Shown: one piece after another, positions 1 to 10,066 of the stretch
How positions within the stretch are numbered: position 1 is the stretch's first letter
Layout: each line of letters opens with the position of its first letter
Source of the DNA: a virus
Lineage: Duplodnaviria; Heunggongvirae; Uroviricota; Caudoviricetes
Strand: one strand, 5' to 3'
IMG/VR virus record: IMGVR_UViG_3300017987_005500
Length of the DNA: 64,000 bases
The notes under the pieces: model-generated
Told to the model about the DNA's origin: nothing
Databases searched by the model: none
Seen by the model: the letters and a program-made list of their open reading frames with translations, nothing else
Translations under genes and position numbers: made by a program

Positions 1-171
1 CCATTCAAAATTATCACTACCATGTTTTCGTAATGAATTATAAAAATACAAATTATCTTTATTTCTCTTAGAACTATTTAGATGAAGAGTTTTTCTTTTA
101 TCTAAAGAAAATTTAGTTTGGCCAATGTAACATTTTTTAGATATTATATTGGTTGCTTTATATATTATCAT
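1..171 (-). CDS. GIY-YIG homing endonuclease (N-terminal part, runs off window)
   Basis: Hand translation (absent from ORF track): MIIYKATNIISKKCYIGQTKFSLDKRKTLHLNSSKRNKDNLYFYNSLRKHGSDNFEW. IIY..YIG motif, conserved Arg and HG..NFEW; GGAG upstream. Confidence 0.85.
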   Translation of the reverse strand, partial: MIIYKATNIISKKCYIGQTKFSLDKRKTLHLNSSKRNKDNLYFYNSLRKHGSDNFEW

Positions 172-191
172 TTGAAATATTTGAGTATCTC

Positions 192-875
192 CTAATTGTC
201 ATGCAAAATAAATTTATCTTTTTGCTCATCGTATATGACATATGACATATTATGAATCCAATCACCACAATTAACATATCTAAAGTCTTTAGCTATAACA
301 ACTTTTGGTAAATGTGTATGACCCATAACTATATTTTTATAAGCTCTCTTGTAATTATCACAAGTCTCTTTCTCAACTTTCAAGACTAAATCATTGAAAT
401 AATTCTTACCTCTTTTTGATGCAATTGAATAAAACAAATCTCTAAATGGTTCTCTAATATTTATACCAATTCTTGAAAGACATTTATATAATTTATAAAA
501 CACATTTGCTACCCATGAAAAATCTCTAATGAAATGATCATTTTCATTTCCATGAATAAGTATAGTTCCATTATCCATATAAGCACATTTAGTTTTAATA
601 ATACAATTAGGAAATATATCTTTTAGTATATATCCGTCAGGGTCATGATTACCTTTTACAATTGTAATGTCAATATCAATAGCTCTCTCATTAATAACAT
701 TAATTAAATCTCTATACTCTTTTTTTATAGTTTCTACCTTTTCTTCCCATACATCAATTACATCACCAAGTATAAATATCTCCTTATATGGTTCTTTAAT
801 AATACTACTAATGACATTCTTACTACAAAATAATGGACTTCCTAAATGTAAATCTGAAAGAATCAAAGTTCTCAT
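192..875 (-). CDS. Calcineurin-like metallophosphoesterase (LpxH-like)
   Basis: DLHLG, GDVID, GNHD, IHG, GHTH and NCGDW motifs. Confidence 0.85.
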   Translation of the reverse strand: MRTLILSDLHLGSPLFCSKNVISSIIKEPYKEIFILGDVIDVWEEKVETIKKEYRDLINVINERAIDIDITIVKGNHDPDGYILKDIFPNCIIKTKCAYMDNGTILIHGNENDHFIRDFSWVANVFYKLYKCLSRIGINIREPFRDLFYSIASKRGKNYFNDLVLKVEKETCDNYKRAYKNIVMGHTHLPKVVIAKDFRYVNCGDWIHNMSYVIYDEQKDKFILHDN

Positions 876-886
876 TATACCACCTC

Positions 887-2380
887 TTAATCGAAAACAT
901 TGTCTGGTAAAAAATTATAAAACTTACCTAAATCTCCTTCGATAGATTTGTATAATTCCTTTGGTATATCTTTACTCTTACCTGTAAAAAAGTTATGATA
1001 ATCTTGATTGTATTTTATCTTATCAGACAAGTTAATAAAATGGTCAATATCTAATCGACCTGTTAAATTCTTAAGAAAATAAAATAATTTTCCATAAAAT
1101 GGTTTGCATTTACTTACTCTCCTGCATAATAATTTGAATGACTTTTCAGCTTTTAATAAATAAGCATATGACATATAAAACTTAGAAGGGTCACATAATA
1201 ATTTTACATTTGAATATGAAAATCCATTCAATAAATGAAAAGGAATATTTAGAACTCTATCATCTTTTTCAAGAGTTTTTCCTATTGGAGTTGACTCTCC
1301 GAAAATAGTTAATGTTTGAAAGTTGGTATATATACCCGGAGTCTTTCTCATAAGGATTTCAGTTAAAGTAAATGCATCTTCATGACTAATCTTTGTATCA
1401 ATGTCTAAACCAAATATCATATTCAATTGGATAATTGGAATATACTTATTAACCATCTTCATTGTTTCATTTATATATCTTACTTTTTTAATTGGATCTG
1501 AAATTTGCAAACCCTTTAATGATTTACAACCATAAGATTTCCATGACTCCAATCCTGGAGCTACTGCAATAATATTATTTTTTTGTAATGTAATACAATT
1601 TCTTTCAGTTAATTTATGTATATTCATTTCACATATATGAGATAAGTTATCAGCATCAACCTGCTCAATAACATCCATATTATGATCAAATCTAATTCCA
1701 AAATTAGGATCATGCCATAAGACATTGAATTTCTTATTTTGTCTCTTTAAAAATAAAAGATCATTCCTTACATCACTAATTGGAAATGGTTTGAATTTTT
1801 GTTGTGAGTCTATACAAAATTCACAATCATTTACACATCCTGTACTTGATAATACTGGAACAGGTAAATTAACTGCCTTTGGAGTCTTCTTATAAACTTC
1901 TAATAAAAAATCCCATCGTTCTTTTATAGAAGGTAATGAATCAGGTTGTGTATCATTAGTTAAGTGAATACCTAAAGTATCTCTATCATTATGTGTTCTT
2001 AATAATTTTTTAATTAGATCAAAGTCACATAACCCAATAACATAATCAAAGTATTTCCTACAATCTTCAGGAAATGACCTTGCATGAGGTCCTCCAATTA
2101 CAGTTGTGATTCCATGTTGTCTATATATATTAGCGATTGCATACGCAAGATAGGCATTCATCGTATATGATGAAATAAATACAATATCAACATTTAAATT
2201 TATATCATCATATAAAGTATTTAAATCAAAGCATGGATAATACCAAACTAAATTTCCAAGTCTTTCAGCATAAGATCCAATAACTTGTGGCATTATTGAA
2301 TGCATTGATGAATTTGTATACTTGCTATAAAGTCCTTTATCATTTGAGAAACATGCAATATCAATTATTCCTACGATCAT
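887..2380 (-). CDS. B12-binding radical SAM enzyme
   Basis: IGGPHA cobalamin-domain motif followed by CVNDCEFC (CxxxCxxC). Confidence 0.85.
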   Translation of the reverse strand: MIVGIIDIACFSNDKGLYSKYTNSSMHSIMPQVIGSYAERLGNLVWYYPCFDLNTLYDDINLNVDIVFISSYTMNAYLAYAIANIYRQHGITTVIGGPHARSFPEDCRKYFDYVIGLCDFDLIKKLLRTHNDRDTLGIHLTNDTQPDSLPSIKERWDFLLEVYKKTPKAVNLPVPVLSSTGCVNDCEFCIDSQQKFKPFPISDVRNDLLFLKRQNKKFNVLWHDPNFGIRFDHNMDVIEQVDADNLSHICEMNIHKLTERNCITLQKNNIIAVAPGLESWKSYGCKSLKGLQISDPIKKVRYINETMKMVNKYIPIIQLNMIFGLDIDTKISHEDAFTLTEILMRKTPGIYTNFQTLTIFGESTPIGKTLEKDDRVLNIPFHLLNGFSYSNVKLLCDPSKFYMSYAYLLKAEKSFKLLCRRVSKCKPFYGKLFYFLKNLTGRLDIDHFINLSDKIKYNQDYHNFFTGKSKDIPKELYKSIEGDLGKFYNFLPDNVFD

Positions 2381-2419
2381 GGGTTGGGGGTTCCTTGTCG
2401 TGCGACTTTTAGTTATAAG

Positions 2420-3406
2420 TTATACTGTCTTCGCTCTATTAAGAGTTAACCAGGCAGCAAATTTCCAATCATGATTTTCTCCTCGAGTTTCAAGAACAGC
2501 TCTTACTCTCATTCCGTGTCCAATTTCTTCAACGTCAGATGTTTGCAAACATAAAAATCCACTCTTTAATAAAGGTATCCTATTAATAAATCTAAATAGA
2601 ACAATCTCTGCTGCAAACATATTATATTCTCCATCTCCAAATGGAGCGGGCGCTACATTTTTAAATATGTGTTCATCTGGATCATATTCTGCATTCCAAA
2701 ATGAAGGAGTTCTCTCACCAAGTTCATTTATTGGCATATATATAAGACCACAATCTAATGATGCAGTTCCAGCAAGTAAATTAATCGCTGGAACATCAAA
2801 GTAACCATCTCCAGCTGCTGGAATTACCATATAACCGCCATATAAATTAAAAAATGTATTCGATCCTAATTCAACAGTTGTAACACGTGGGACAACTTCC
2901 ATACTTACCGTATCAAGTTCAGCATCACTCCATGTGATATATCCTTCATGTAAAAATGTTTTATTAGCAATCATATTAAAATCAAAATAAATATATTCTA
3001 AAGTCGCAGTACTATCAGTAGTATGCACATTTTCAAATAACGTACCGTATCCATAAGTCATACCAGGAGGATGAAATCCTAAATTATCTCCCGCTCCGGT
3101 AAAATAAGTTACTGTTCCGAAAGGTCTTGAAGATTGATGAACCCAAGGTTTATCTGCAATATCAGTTGGACCGGTTTCTTTTTGAACTACAACAAATTGT
3201 ATTGCTTCTGTAATTGTTAAATCATCAGTCCCATTATTTACAATTATTTTACCAGAAGATATATGTTTAACTAAATCATCGGAGGACGATATTTCATATA
3301 ATTTTTTAAGTAATGCAATATCTTTAGTTTCATGAGGAAGTAAAGTTATTGTTAAATCATTAATTGAAAGTATGGTATCTGTTGTATTCGTTATATTAAT
3401 AATCAT
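2420..3406 (-). CDS. Putative virion structural protein
   Basis: N-terminal ~75-aa module (I.DL...SDDL...G.I..N.GT.DL) shared with 3726..5819 and 5888..7162; structural-gene context. Confidence 0.5.
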   Translation of the reverse strand: MIINITNTTDTILSINDLTITLLPHETKDIALLKKLYEISSSDDLVKHISSGKIIVNNGTDDLTITEAIQFVVVQKETGPTDIADKPWVHQSSRPFGTVTYFTGAGDNLGFHPPGMTYGYGTLFENVHTTDSTATLEYIYFDFNMIANKTFLHEGYITWSDAELDTVSMEVVPRVTTVELGSNTFFNLYGGYMVIPAAGDGYFDVPAINLLAGTASLDCGLIYMPINELGERTPSFWNAEYDPDEHIFKNVAPAPFGDGEYNMFAAEIVLFRFINRIPLLKSGFLCLQTSDVEEIGHGMRVRAVLETRGENHDWKFAAWLTLNRAKTV

Positions 3407-3714
3407 ACTATTATCGCTCCTCCATATAATGGCAATGTTTGTAAAAATGCATAGCTCTGTGTTAATGGAGTTTTAAATGCTTCACCCAACACACTTTCTG
3501 AAAAATAAGTTTCAAATGAAGTAGATGTACATAAATGCTTTAATGCAATAACTTCAGATTTTTCATCATTATATGCTGTAGCATCTTTATAAATTAACAC
3601 TGAAATATCTACATGACTTGGATTCAAATATGTAATACATACATTATTGATTACAACATATCCCTCTTGTAAAGTTATTCCATTGTCAAATGTAATTGTT
3701 GCTTGTAAAGGCAT
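3403..3714 (-). CDS. Hypothetical protein, tail-associated
   Basis: 103-aa ORF with RBS, 4-bp overlap with the downstream gene. Confidence 0.5.
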   Translation of the reverse strand: MPLQATITFDNGITLQEGYVVINNVCITYLNPSHVDISVLIYKDATAYNDEKSEVIALKHLCTSTSFETYFSESVLGEAFKTPLTQSYAFLQTLPLYGGAIIV

Positions 3715-3725
3715 TTATATTCTCC

Positions 3726-5819
3726 TTATCTTATAAATTCTAAAGAAATCCACGATTCATCAATTATAGTTCCTGTTGTGCCTGAAGACCCCTCTTGATC
3801 TCCAAGAATTTCCACATATTCATTCGCTGAAAGATTTATTATAAATGATGCATTATTTGTTGCTTTATCATCAGTTGTATTTCTCATATATGAATAAGCG
3901 GTACCTCTATCTTCATAAGTACTGCCATCTCTTCTAACTCTAGTTCGTATTGTTGTTCTTGAATTATCAGCATTGTCAGTATTTATGCTATAAGTCAATT
4001 TATAATATCCAGCAACATCTGCATAAATTCTTGTATTATTAGATGAATTTGAATGAGAATAATAGTCATCATCCTTAACATCCTCTCCGCCCCAAGAAAT
4101 AGCTTGGGGAGTTGCTTGATTGATATTCACAGATGTTGTATTATAACATTGTATTATTTTTGGAGTAAATCCTCCACTCTCATCCACAGTTATTGTAACT
4201 TTTGAAGTTGAATCTTCAGTTACAGTTATATTATCTCCTTCAAAATTTATTTCTTCAACATTTCCTACAACTAAAGAATCATCTTTGAAAATATTAGGAG
4301 CTGCCCCACTTCCTGGATCTCCTTTTTCACCTTTATCTCCCTGAGAACCTTTTGATCCTTTTAATTTAAAAATCCCTAATATAGAAGGTGGGTATGCAAT
4401 AACTGGAGTTGAAGTTGATCTTAATTGGAGAGTTATATAATCATCAGCATCCAACTCAACTACAAAAATATCAGTCATGTGATGGATTTCATTTTGATAA
4501 GAATTTAAAAATCCTTCACTTGCTGGAATTACATCGCTATCATTTACTCTAACTCTTGCTTCACTCCTACGAGTTGAACCAGTTGCCATCATTTGAGATT
4601 TATAATAAACACAATATATTCCATCTTCTTCAACATATATTCGATCTGTATTTGAATTATCATGATAAATTACATCAGTGTTATTTTCAACATCTGTCTG
4701 ATCAAATAAAATATCTGTAAATGTTGTTGTGCAATTATAATTTGTAGTTCTTCTTGCTTCAACCGCTGGTAATTCTTCAGGAACTCCAGATATATTTATT
4801 GTAACTGAAGATGTTGAGTCAGCTGTTACATCAACTCCACCTTCAAAATTCATAACATTTGCAAATTCAACAACCTCAGTACCATTATCATTTACTTGAA
4901 TAGTTCCACCAGGAGGTCCTGGAACTCCAGAAATACCTTCCATTTTATTAATGATTAAATTAGCGTCAATCATTATATTTTCAGCAGTTGATGATGACAT
5001 AACTTGCATTGTAATATAATCATTTTCAGTTAAATTAACAAAGAATGCATTAGATGCAGTCCCTTGAAAATCATTAACATCTCCAAGTTCTCCACAATTT
5101 CTATAACTTCCATTTATAACTGTCGTATCATTTATTCTAACTCTGACTTCAACTTGATCATCGAAATCAAAATGGTATCCTATTTGATATAAACCTTTTT
5201 CTTTGATCAATATTCTATCTTGATTAACATCATCATGTTCCAATACATCAGAGTATGTTTCAATGTCAGTTAAATCAAAATAAAAGTCTGTCCAAGTTAA
5301 TGGAATATCTGAATATTGAGTTGATCTTCTTACTTGAACAGATGGAGATTTGGAAGGAGAACTTCCCCATTTAATTACACCATCTTCAATTCTTAAATAA
5401 TTATCTCCTGAAGCTGGAACTTCAGGAACTCCGGGAATATCATCAATTGAATTAATTGTTGGCGGAGTTATAATCCAAGTATTTGTTCCATCATCACATT
5501 GTAAAACAGTTTCTCCAGTTTCTGGTTTTGGTGGGACGTCAGTGTGTTGATCAAGTGCATGAGGAGGGAGTTCTTCAAGATCTTCCCACTCTGTCTGAAT
5601 TGTAATTTGTTTAATACCATCAGAAATATTTAAATCTTGAGTTCCATCATTTATTGTAATATCTCCTGATAAAACATATACTAATAAATCATCAGAACTA
5701 GATATTTCTTCTTTTTCAAATATATCAGTTAAATCTACGGAGGCAGATGAATCTATAAACTTTCCAAGGTCTTCAATTAAAATTCGACTTCCTGTATTAT
5801 TAATAGCTATAATTGCCAC
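3726..5819 (-). CDS. Tail fibre/decoration protein with three C1q/TNF-like domains and short collagen stretches
   Basis: Three repeats of the type R.T.....F..TD.E...DV..H......RI.....G.Y...Y; collagen-like GVPGPPG and GSKGSQGDKGEKGDPG. Confidence 0.65.
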   Translation of the reverse strand: MAIIAINNTGSRILIEDLGKFIDSSASVDLTDIFEKEEISSSDDLLVYVLSGDITINDGTQDLNISDGIKQITIQTEWEDLEELPPHALDQHTDVPPKPETGETVLQCDDGTNTWIITPPTINSIDDIPGVPEVPASGDNYLRIEDGVIKWGSSPSKSPSVQVRRSTQYSDIPLTWTDFYFDLTDIETYSDVLEHDDVNQDRILIKEKGLYQIGYHFDFDDQVEVRVRINDTTVINGSYRNCGELGDVNDFQGTASNAFFVNLTENDYITMQVMSSSTAENIMIDANLIINKMEGISGVPGPPGGTIQVNDNGTEVVEFANVMNFEGGVDVTADSTSSVTINISGVPEELPAVEARRTTNYNCTTTFTDILFDQTDVENNTDVIYHDNSNTDRIYVEEDGIYCVYYKSQMMATGSTRRSEARVRVNDSDVIPASEGFLNSYQNEIHHMTDIFVVELDADDYITLQLRSTSTPVIAYPPSILGIFKLKGSKGSQGDKGEKGDPGSGAAPNIFKDDSLVVGNVEEINFEGDNITVTEDSTSKVTITVDESGGFTPKIIQCYNTTSVNINQATPQAISWGGEDVKDDDYYSHSNSSNNTRIYADVAGYYKLTYSINTDNADNSRTTIRTRVRRDGSTYEDRGTAYSYMRNTTDDKATNNASFIINLSANEYVEILGDQEGSSGTTGTIIDESWISLEFIR

Positions 5820-5854
5820 AGTATAAACTCCGCATTTTAAGGTAAAATAAAAGT

Positions 5855-5877
5855 GTGGGAGCTATAATAACTCCCAC
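5855..5877 (-). terminator. Intrinsic terminator hairpin after 5888..7162
   Basis: GTGGGAG-N9-CTCCCAC followed by a T-rich tract on the minus strand. Confidence 0.65.
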
Positions 5878-5887
5878 ATTTCACTAT

Positions 5888-7162
5888 TTATTTTGTATAA
5901 GCATATTCAACTAATATAACAACATCATCAACTTTAGTTGCATTTACTGCATATGCTTGAAGATGATCTTCTGCAGTTAAAGTAACATTTACATCAGCTA
6001 ATACTTCTTTATCAGAAGCTGTAAATTCTAATGTAGCGATTGCAGTTGTATAATTATCATTCTTATATATTTCAATATCAACAACCCCAGGATCTTTAAG
6101 CATTCCCCAAATCTTTGTAATAATTGCATTTTCGGGAATAAGAACTCCAGAATTATTACTTGCCATTCCACCAACATATACATTGAGGAATTGATTTTGA
6201 GTTTTACCTTTTCTCCCAAATACAGCTTGAGGTCTGTCAAATGACATGAATACTCCAGCAGTTGAATCATACATATACATTCTTCCATCAATGTTTTGAA
6301 TATCTCCATCAGTAAGATTCGTAGTTGGAGTAACGTTAATTGGAGTTATATTAATTGCTGAAGAAGTTGATGAAGAAGAATCATATGTTACAGGTCCTGC
6401 CACATCTGTAATTGTAATTGTAGAACCATTCTCATATGCTTGCTGTAAAGTTCCTGAAAGAATATCAACGTCAGCAATTTTTACCCACTCATTTGCATTT
6501 GTATAAGTGTACATTGCTGATTTACCATCACCATCATCAGTGATAATAATAGCATCTCCCTCAGAAGGTATATGTTCAATATCCCAAGAAGCTCCGCCCC
6601 ATTCAAAAACAACTTGAGCAGTCGAGTCTAAGTCAATAACTCTATCGCCAGTTGTTGGAGCACCTTGATCATCCCATGTTGCTCCATTATATTTATATAG
6701 ATGATCATCATCTGTGTCTATATAAAAATCTCCAGCTGCCGGAGCAGGTGGTGGGGTTGCTGAAAATTGAATAATTCTTGCAATACCAGGATCTATCCAA
6801 TGAAGACTTCCAAAGTCAGGAACATTTGTAATATTATCCCAATGAACTGAAGATTGCCCAGAAGTTCCTAATTCAGTTTGTGTATAATAATTATCACCTA
6901 AATAATCTTCAAGATAATAAATATGTACAATAGCTAAAAAGTCAGTACCATCTGCTGGACTTAAATCAGACGTCCCATCATTTATAACTAAAGTTCCAGC
7001 AGTTACAAGATCTCTAAGATCATCACTATCTGCAATATCTGTATAATCAAATTGTTCATGAAAATCTATCTGAGATGTTGCATCAACAGTGATACCCAGA
7101 TCCTCAATCATGACAGGACTTGCCCCGTCATTTTTAATTATGCATGTCCACATTTGTGCCAT
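5888..7162 (-). CDS. Virion structural/fibre protein
   Basis: Shared N-terminal module, PPAPAAGDFY..D fibre motifs, C-terminal domain homologous to 13135..13593. Confidence 0.6.
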   Translation of the reverse strand: MAQMWTCIIKNDGASPVMIEDLGITVDATSQIDFHEQFDYTDIADSDDLRDLVTAGTLVINDGTSDLSPADGTDFLAIVHIYYLEDYLGDNYYTQTELGTSGQSSVHWDNITNVPDFGSLHWIDPGIARIIQFSATPPPAPAAGDFYIDTDDDHLYKYNGATWDDQGAPTTGDRVIDLDSTAQVVFEWGGASWDIEHIPSEGDAIIITDDGDGKSAMYTYTNANEWVKIADVDILSGTLQQAYENGSTITITDVAGPVTYDSSSSTSSAINITPINVTPTTNLTDGDIQNIDGRMYMYDSTAGVFMSFDRPQAVFGRKGKTQNQFLNVYVGGMASNNSGVLIPENAIITKIWGMLKDPGVVDIEIYKNDNYTTAIATLEFTASDKEVLADVNVTLTAEDHLQAYAVNATKVDDVVILVEYAYTK

Positions 7163-7244
7163 GATATTTCCTCCATTAAAGTAATTTATTATGTTATAAG
7201 TTTTCGGAGGTTCAAATTATAAAAATTCAATGTATTCTTTGTAA

Positions 7245-7254
7245 TTTGTTCTTA
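7245..7254 (-). promoter_or_regulatory. Putative late-promoter motif AGAACAAA
   Basis: One of ~10 intergenic copies upstream of minus-strand units. Confidence 0.55.
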
Positions 7255-7271
7255 TATAAAGTATGGTTCAT

Positions 7272-7284
7272 TATATATATTAAT
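7272..7284 (+). promoter_or_regulatory. Putative early-promoter motif TATATATATTAAT
   Basis: Exact 13-mer found upstream of all four plus-strand cassettes. Confidence 0.6.
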
Positions 7285-7328
7285 TACTAGGAGGAGTTTT
7301 AACTAATTTTTTAAGGAGGGTAACTATT

Positions 7329-8105
7329 ATGATATTCCAATTAACACAATATTGTGACATGGAATGTCCTCATTGTATGGGAAGTTATAATGAGGATGGA
7401 GAACATGCAACTATGGACACAGTATCTCAAATATGTAAATTTACACAATTGTATCGTCCTACCTCATTATTAATAAGTGGGGGAGAACCTACTGATCATC
7501 CTAACTTTTTAGAACTATTTGAGTATATATTATATAACACAGATGCTATGATTATTCTTACTTCAAATGGTAAGTTTTTATATAATAAAACTATCAAAGA
7601 TAAACTAATTGAGTTGAATAATAAATTCTTATTTTCTATTCAGATATCAGCAATTAAGGGATTGTATAAAAGAGTTAAGTCAACAAATACTCTTTTCACT
7701 TCAATTAAGCGTAAACTCAAACTTGGATATATTTCCAATGAGTTAGCTGTAGTTGATCAATTAGGAAGAGCTAAAGGAAAGGATTGGTCAAAATATTCAA
7801 CTTATGTAAGACAAGTTCCAAATTGTTTTAACTTATTATCATGTGGGTATTCAAATGATTGTACTACATTTAAAGATGTGATCACTGCAATACACACTAA
7901 AAATAATTGTAAACCTTTTATAACTGAAAAAGGTAATATTCATATAAGTGAATCTCCAGTTTGTAGACATATTGGCACAATTTGGGATGATGATAAAACT
8001 TTATATAATAACTTATATAACACAGAACCTTGTGGAAATTGTGGTGTCCCATATGAACAAGCAATAAGACGTCTCAAACTTGTATATGAACATAAAAGGA
8101 ATTAA
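7329..8105 (+). CDS. Radical SAM protein with Cys-rich C-terminus (Twitch/SPASM-like)
   Basis: CDMECPHC, SGGEPT, LTSNG; C-terminal CKP..C..CGNC. Confidence 0.85.
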   Translation: MIFQLTQYCDMECPHCMGSYNEDGEHATMDTVSQICKFTQLYRPTSLLISGGEPTDHPNFLELFEYILYNTDAMIILTSNGKFLYNKTIKDKLIELNNKFLFSIQISAIKGLYKRVKSTNTLFTSIKRKLKLGYISNELAVVDQLGRAKGKDWSKYSTYVRQVPNCFNLLSCGYSNDCTTFKDVITAIHTKNNCKPFITEKGNIHISESPVCRHIGTIWDDDKTLYNNLYNTEPCGNCGVPYEQAIRRLKLVYEHKRN

Positions 8106-8107
8106 AT

Positions 8108-8569
8108 ATGATAAAATTTACAGACACTGAAACATATAAACATAATGTTGAAGTTTTGATTGCTGAAGATGAAATTATAGATGTTATGATGTATCATAAT
8201 CCCGATAAAGATAAAGCATGGATAAAAATTGATACGATAAGGGATGAGTATAAATCTAAAGGAACTGCTCTTGAGCTTGGTCGTATAGCTTCATCGTTAG
8301 CTAATACACTTGATAGTAAAGGATTCATGCAATTTCCATTACTTTATCAAGCTGTTGATAATCAAGAAGTGCAAAAGATATTGGTAATGCTTCATAAAGA
8401 TAATGTTTCGTTAATTGAATATTCAGGTGATAAAATTGAAATAAGATCTAAAAAGAATCCATTATATGCACATTGGGATAGGATATACATAATTGAAAAT
8501 GATCCAATGTTTTCTGTAAAAGTTGAATATTTTTATAAGCAAATATGTTTAGCTATGGGGGTGGAATGA
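8108..8569 (+). CDS. Hypothetical protein
   Basis: 153-aa ORF, tightly packed with neighbours. Confidence 0.6.
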   Translation: MIKFTDTETYKHNVEVLIAEDEIIDVMMYHNPDKDKAWIKIDTIRDEYKSKGTALELGRIASSLANTLDSKGFMQFPLLYQAVDNQEVQKILVMLHKDNVSLIEYSGDKIEIRSKKNPLYAHWDRIYIIENDPMFSVKVEYFYKQICLAMGVE

Positions 8570-8889
8570 CTGAAAAATGGAGTTCAAATATAGGCAAGAG
8601 GATGGAAATATTTTATTACGTAGTCAAATCTTCTATTATTGATCAAGAGATTGAAAGATTATCTAACTTTATAGGGAAACAACTTACTCCAAAATTATAT
8701 ACTGAGTACATTGAAAAACTCATACCCAATCTTACAAGGGAAGAGTTTTATTTATATACAGATATGCTTGGAGGAATTACCCATGAGAAAGAACTATATG
8801 AGAGATCTCAAATACTGAGAAATATAATAAAGAAACGTAATATTATTTTAACAACCATGCAATTATTAAAAGGAAAGGAAAATGAGTAG
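8545..8889 (+). CDS. Hypothetical protein
   Basis: ORF in the cassette; true start probably at MTEKW after GGGGTGG. Confidence 0.55.
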   Translation: MFSYGGGMTEKWSSNIGKRMEIFYYVVKSSIIDQEIERLSNFIGKQLTPKLYTEYIEKLIPNLTREEFYLYTDMLGGITHEKELYERSQILRNIIKKRNIILTTMQLLKGKENE

Positions 8890-9109
8890 TGACATATTAT
8901 TTGATGGGATGGAAGAACCTGGCGAGTTATGTTTAGATTGTATTCATTTCGATCTTTCAGATGAATGTCCAGAGACAGGTAAGAAATATAATGAAATCAC
9001 TTCGACTTGTGGTTCTTATAGTATAAGCGACCAAACTCGAAAAGGTTTACAGCTTGAAATCGACGAAGACAATGACGTTAACGTTGGTATTGACCCAGAC
9101 TATTATTAA
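8882..9109 (+). CDS. Small acidic Cys-containing protein
   Basis: CLDC..C..C pattern; RBS AAGGAA. Confidence 0.5.
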   Translation: MSSDILFDGMEEPGELCLDCIHFDLSDECPETGKKYNEITSTCGSYSISDQTRKGLQLEIDEDNDVNVGIDPDYY

Positions 9110-9126
9110 AGAAAAGACAAGGAGTA

Positions 9127-9516
9127 TTGAAAATGGCATTAAGCAAAGAACAGAGAAACAAGAAGATGTTACAAAGAATTGGTAAAGGTGTGAAGTTTTG
9201 GAGAAAGGATAAAGGTTTAAATCAAGAAGAACTTTCAAAATTAATGGCAGTCTCACGCAGTTATATAGCTAAAGTTGAAACTGCCGGAACTGGCATTTCA
9301 TTCAATAAAGTTGATGAATTTGCTATTGTATTTAATCTTAGATCTTCCACATTGACAATGGGATCCCCAGATAATGGAATGTTGAATATAATTAAAGGGT
9401 TAAAAAATAAGTATGAATTAGAGCATGGTCATTATGAAAAATTATATAGACTATGTAGAGCTGGAGATGTTAAACATAGAGATGATGCTCTTGACTATCT
9501 TAATAAGATTAAATAA
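9127..9516 (+). CDS. XRE-family HTH transcriptional regulator
   Basis: IGKGVKFWRKDKGLNQEELSKLMAVSRSYIAKVETA is a classic HTH_3 pattern. Confidence 0.85.
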   Translation: MKMALSKEQRNKKMLQRIGKGVKFWRKDKGLNQEELSKLMAVSRSYIAKVETAGTGISFNKVDEFAIVFNLRSSTLTMGSPDNGMLNIIKGLKNKYELEHGHYEKLYRLCRAGDVKHRDDALDYLNKIK

Positions 9517-9519
9517 ATG

Positions 9520-9562
9520 AAGAAGCTACGGGGGATTTTGTAAACACCCCCGCTTCTTTTTT
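9520..9562 (+). terminator. Intrinsic terminator
   Basis: AAGAAGC..CGGGGG-loop-CCCCCG-CTTCTTTTTT. Confidence 0.7.
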
Positions 9563-9585
9563 GGATTCATTATTAAACATACTAC

Positions 9586-9598
9586 TATATATATTAAT
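9586..9598 (+). promoter_or_regulatory. Putative early-promoter motif TATATATATTAAT
   Basis: Exact copy 93 nt upstream of 9691. Confidence 0.6.
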
Positions 9599-9690
9599 AA
9601 ATAGAGAAGACTTATTATCTCTACCTTTAATAGTAATCCACATTGTGTGGATAACTTTTTAATAATAACTTTAAATAAGGAAAAAATATT

Positions 9691-10044
9691 ATGACAAAAG
9701 AAAATAGAAAAGAAAAACTTTGGGAAATGCTTAGTGATGAGTTTATCAAAGCAGATATGGAAAGACTCTCAACAGTCATAAATGTTGAATTTACAAAAGG
9801 TATTTATGAAAAATATGTCAATAACTTAATTGATATTCTGGATGATGATGAAATTAATTATATGATTTCTATGGCAGGTAATAAAGAAAATCTTAAACTT
9901 CTTAGAGGAGAGAAGATGACTGAGGCAGAATTTGATAGTTTAATGGAAGCAATAAGTTTGATTGAGAATGGTGATATAATTGTCAATCTAACTAAAAAGA
10001 CCATGAAAGTATTGTGTGATATGAAACTTGAAATAAGATTATAA
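9691..10044 (+). CDS. Hypothetical helical protein (paralogue of 10067..10513)
   Basis: YV..[LV]I.[IL]L...E...[ML].S and MKL..R shared with the next ORF. Confidence 0.6.
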   Translation: MTKENRKEKLWEMLSDEFIKADMERLSTVINVEFTKGIYEKYVNNLIDILDDDEINYMISMAGNKENLKLLRGEKMTEAEFDSLMEAISLIENGDIIVNLTKKTMKVLCDMKLEIRL

Positions 10045-10066
10045 AACGTAATTACGTAAACTTAAA

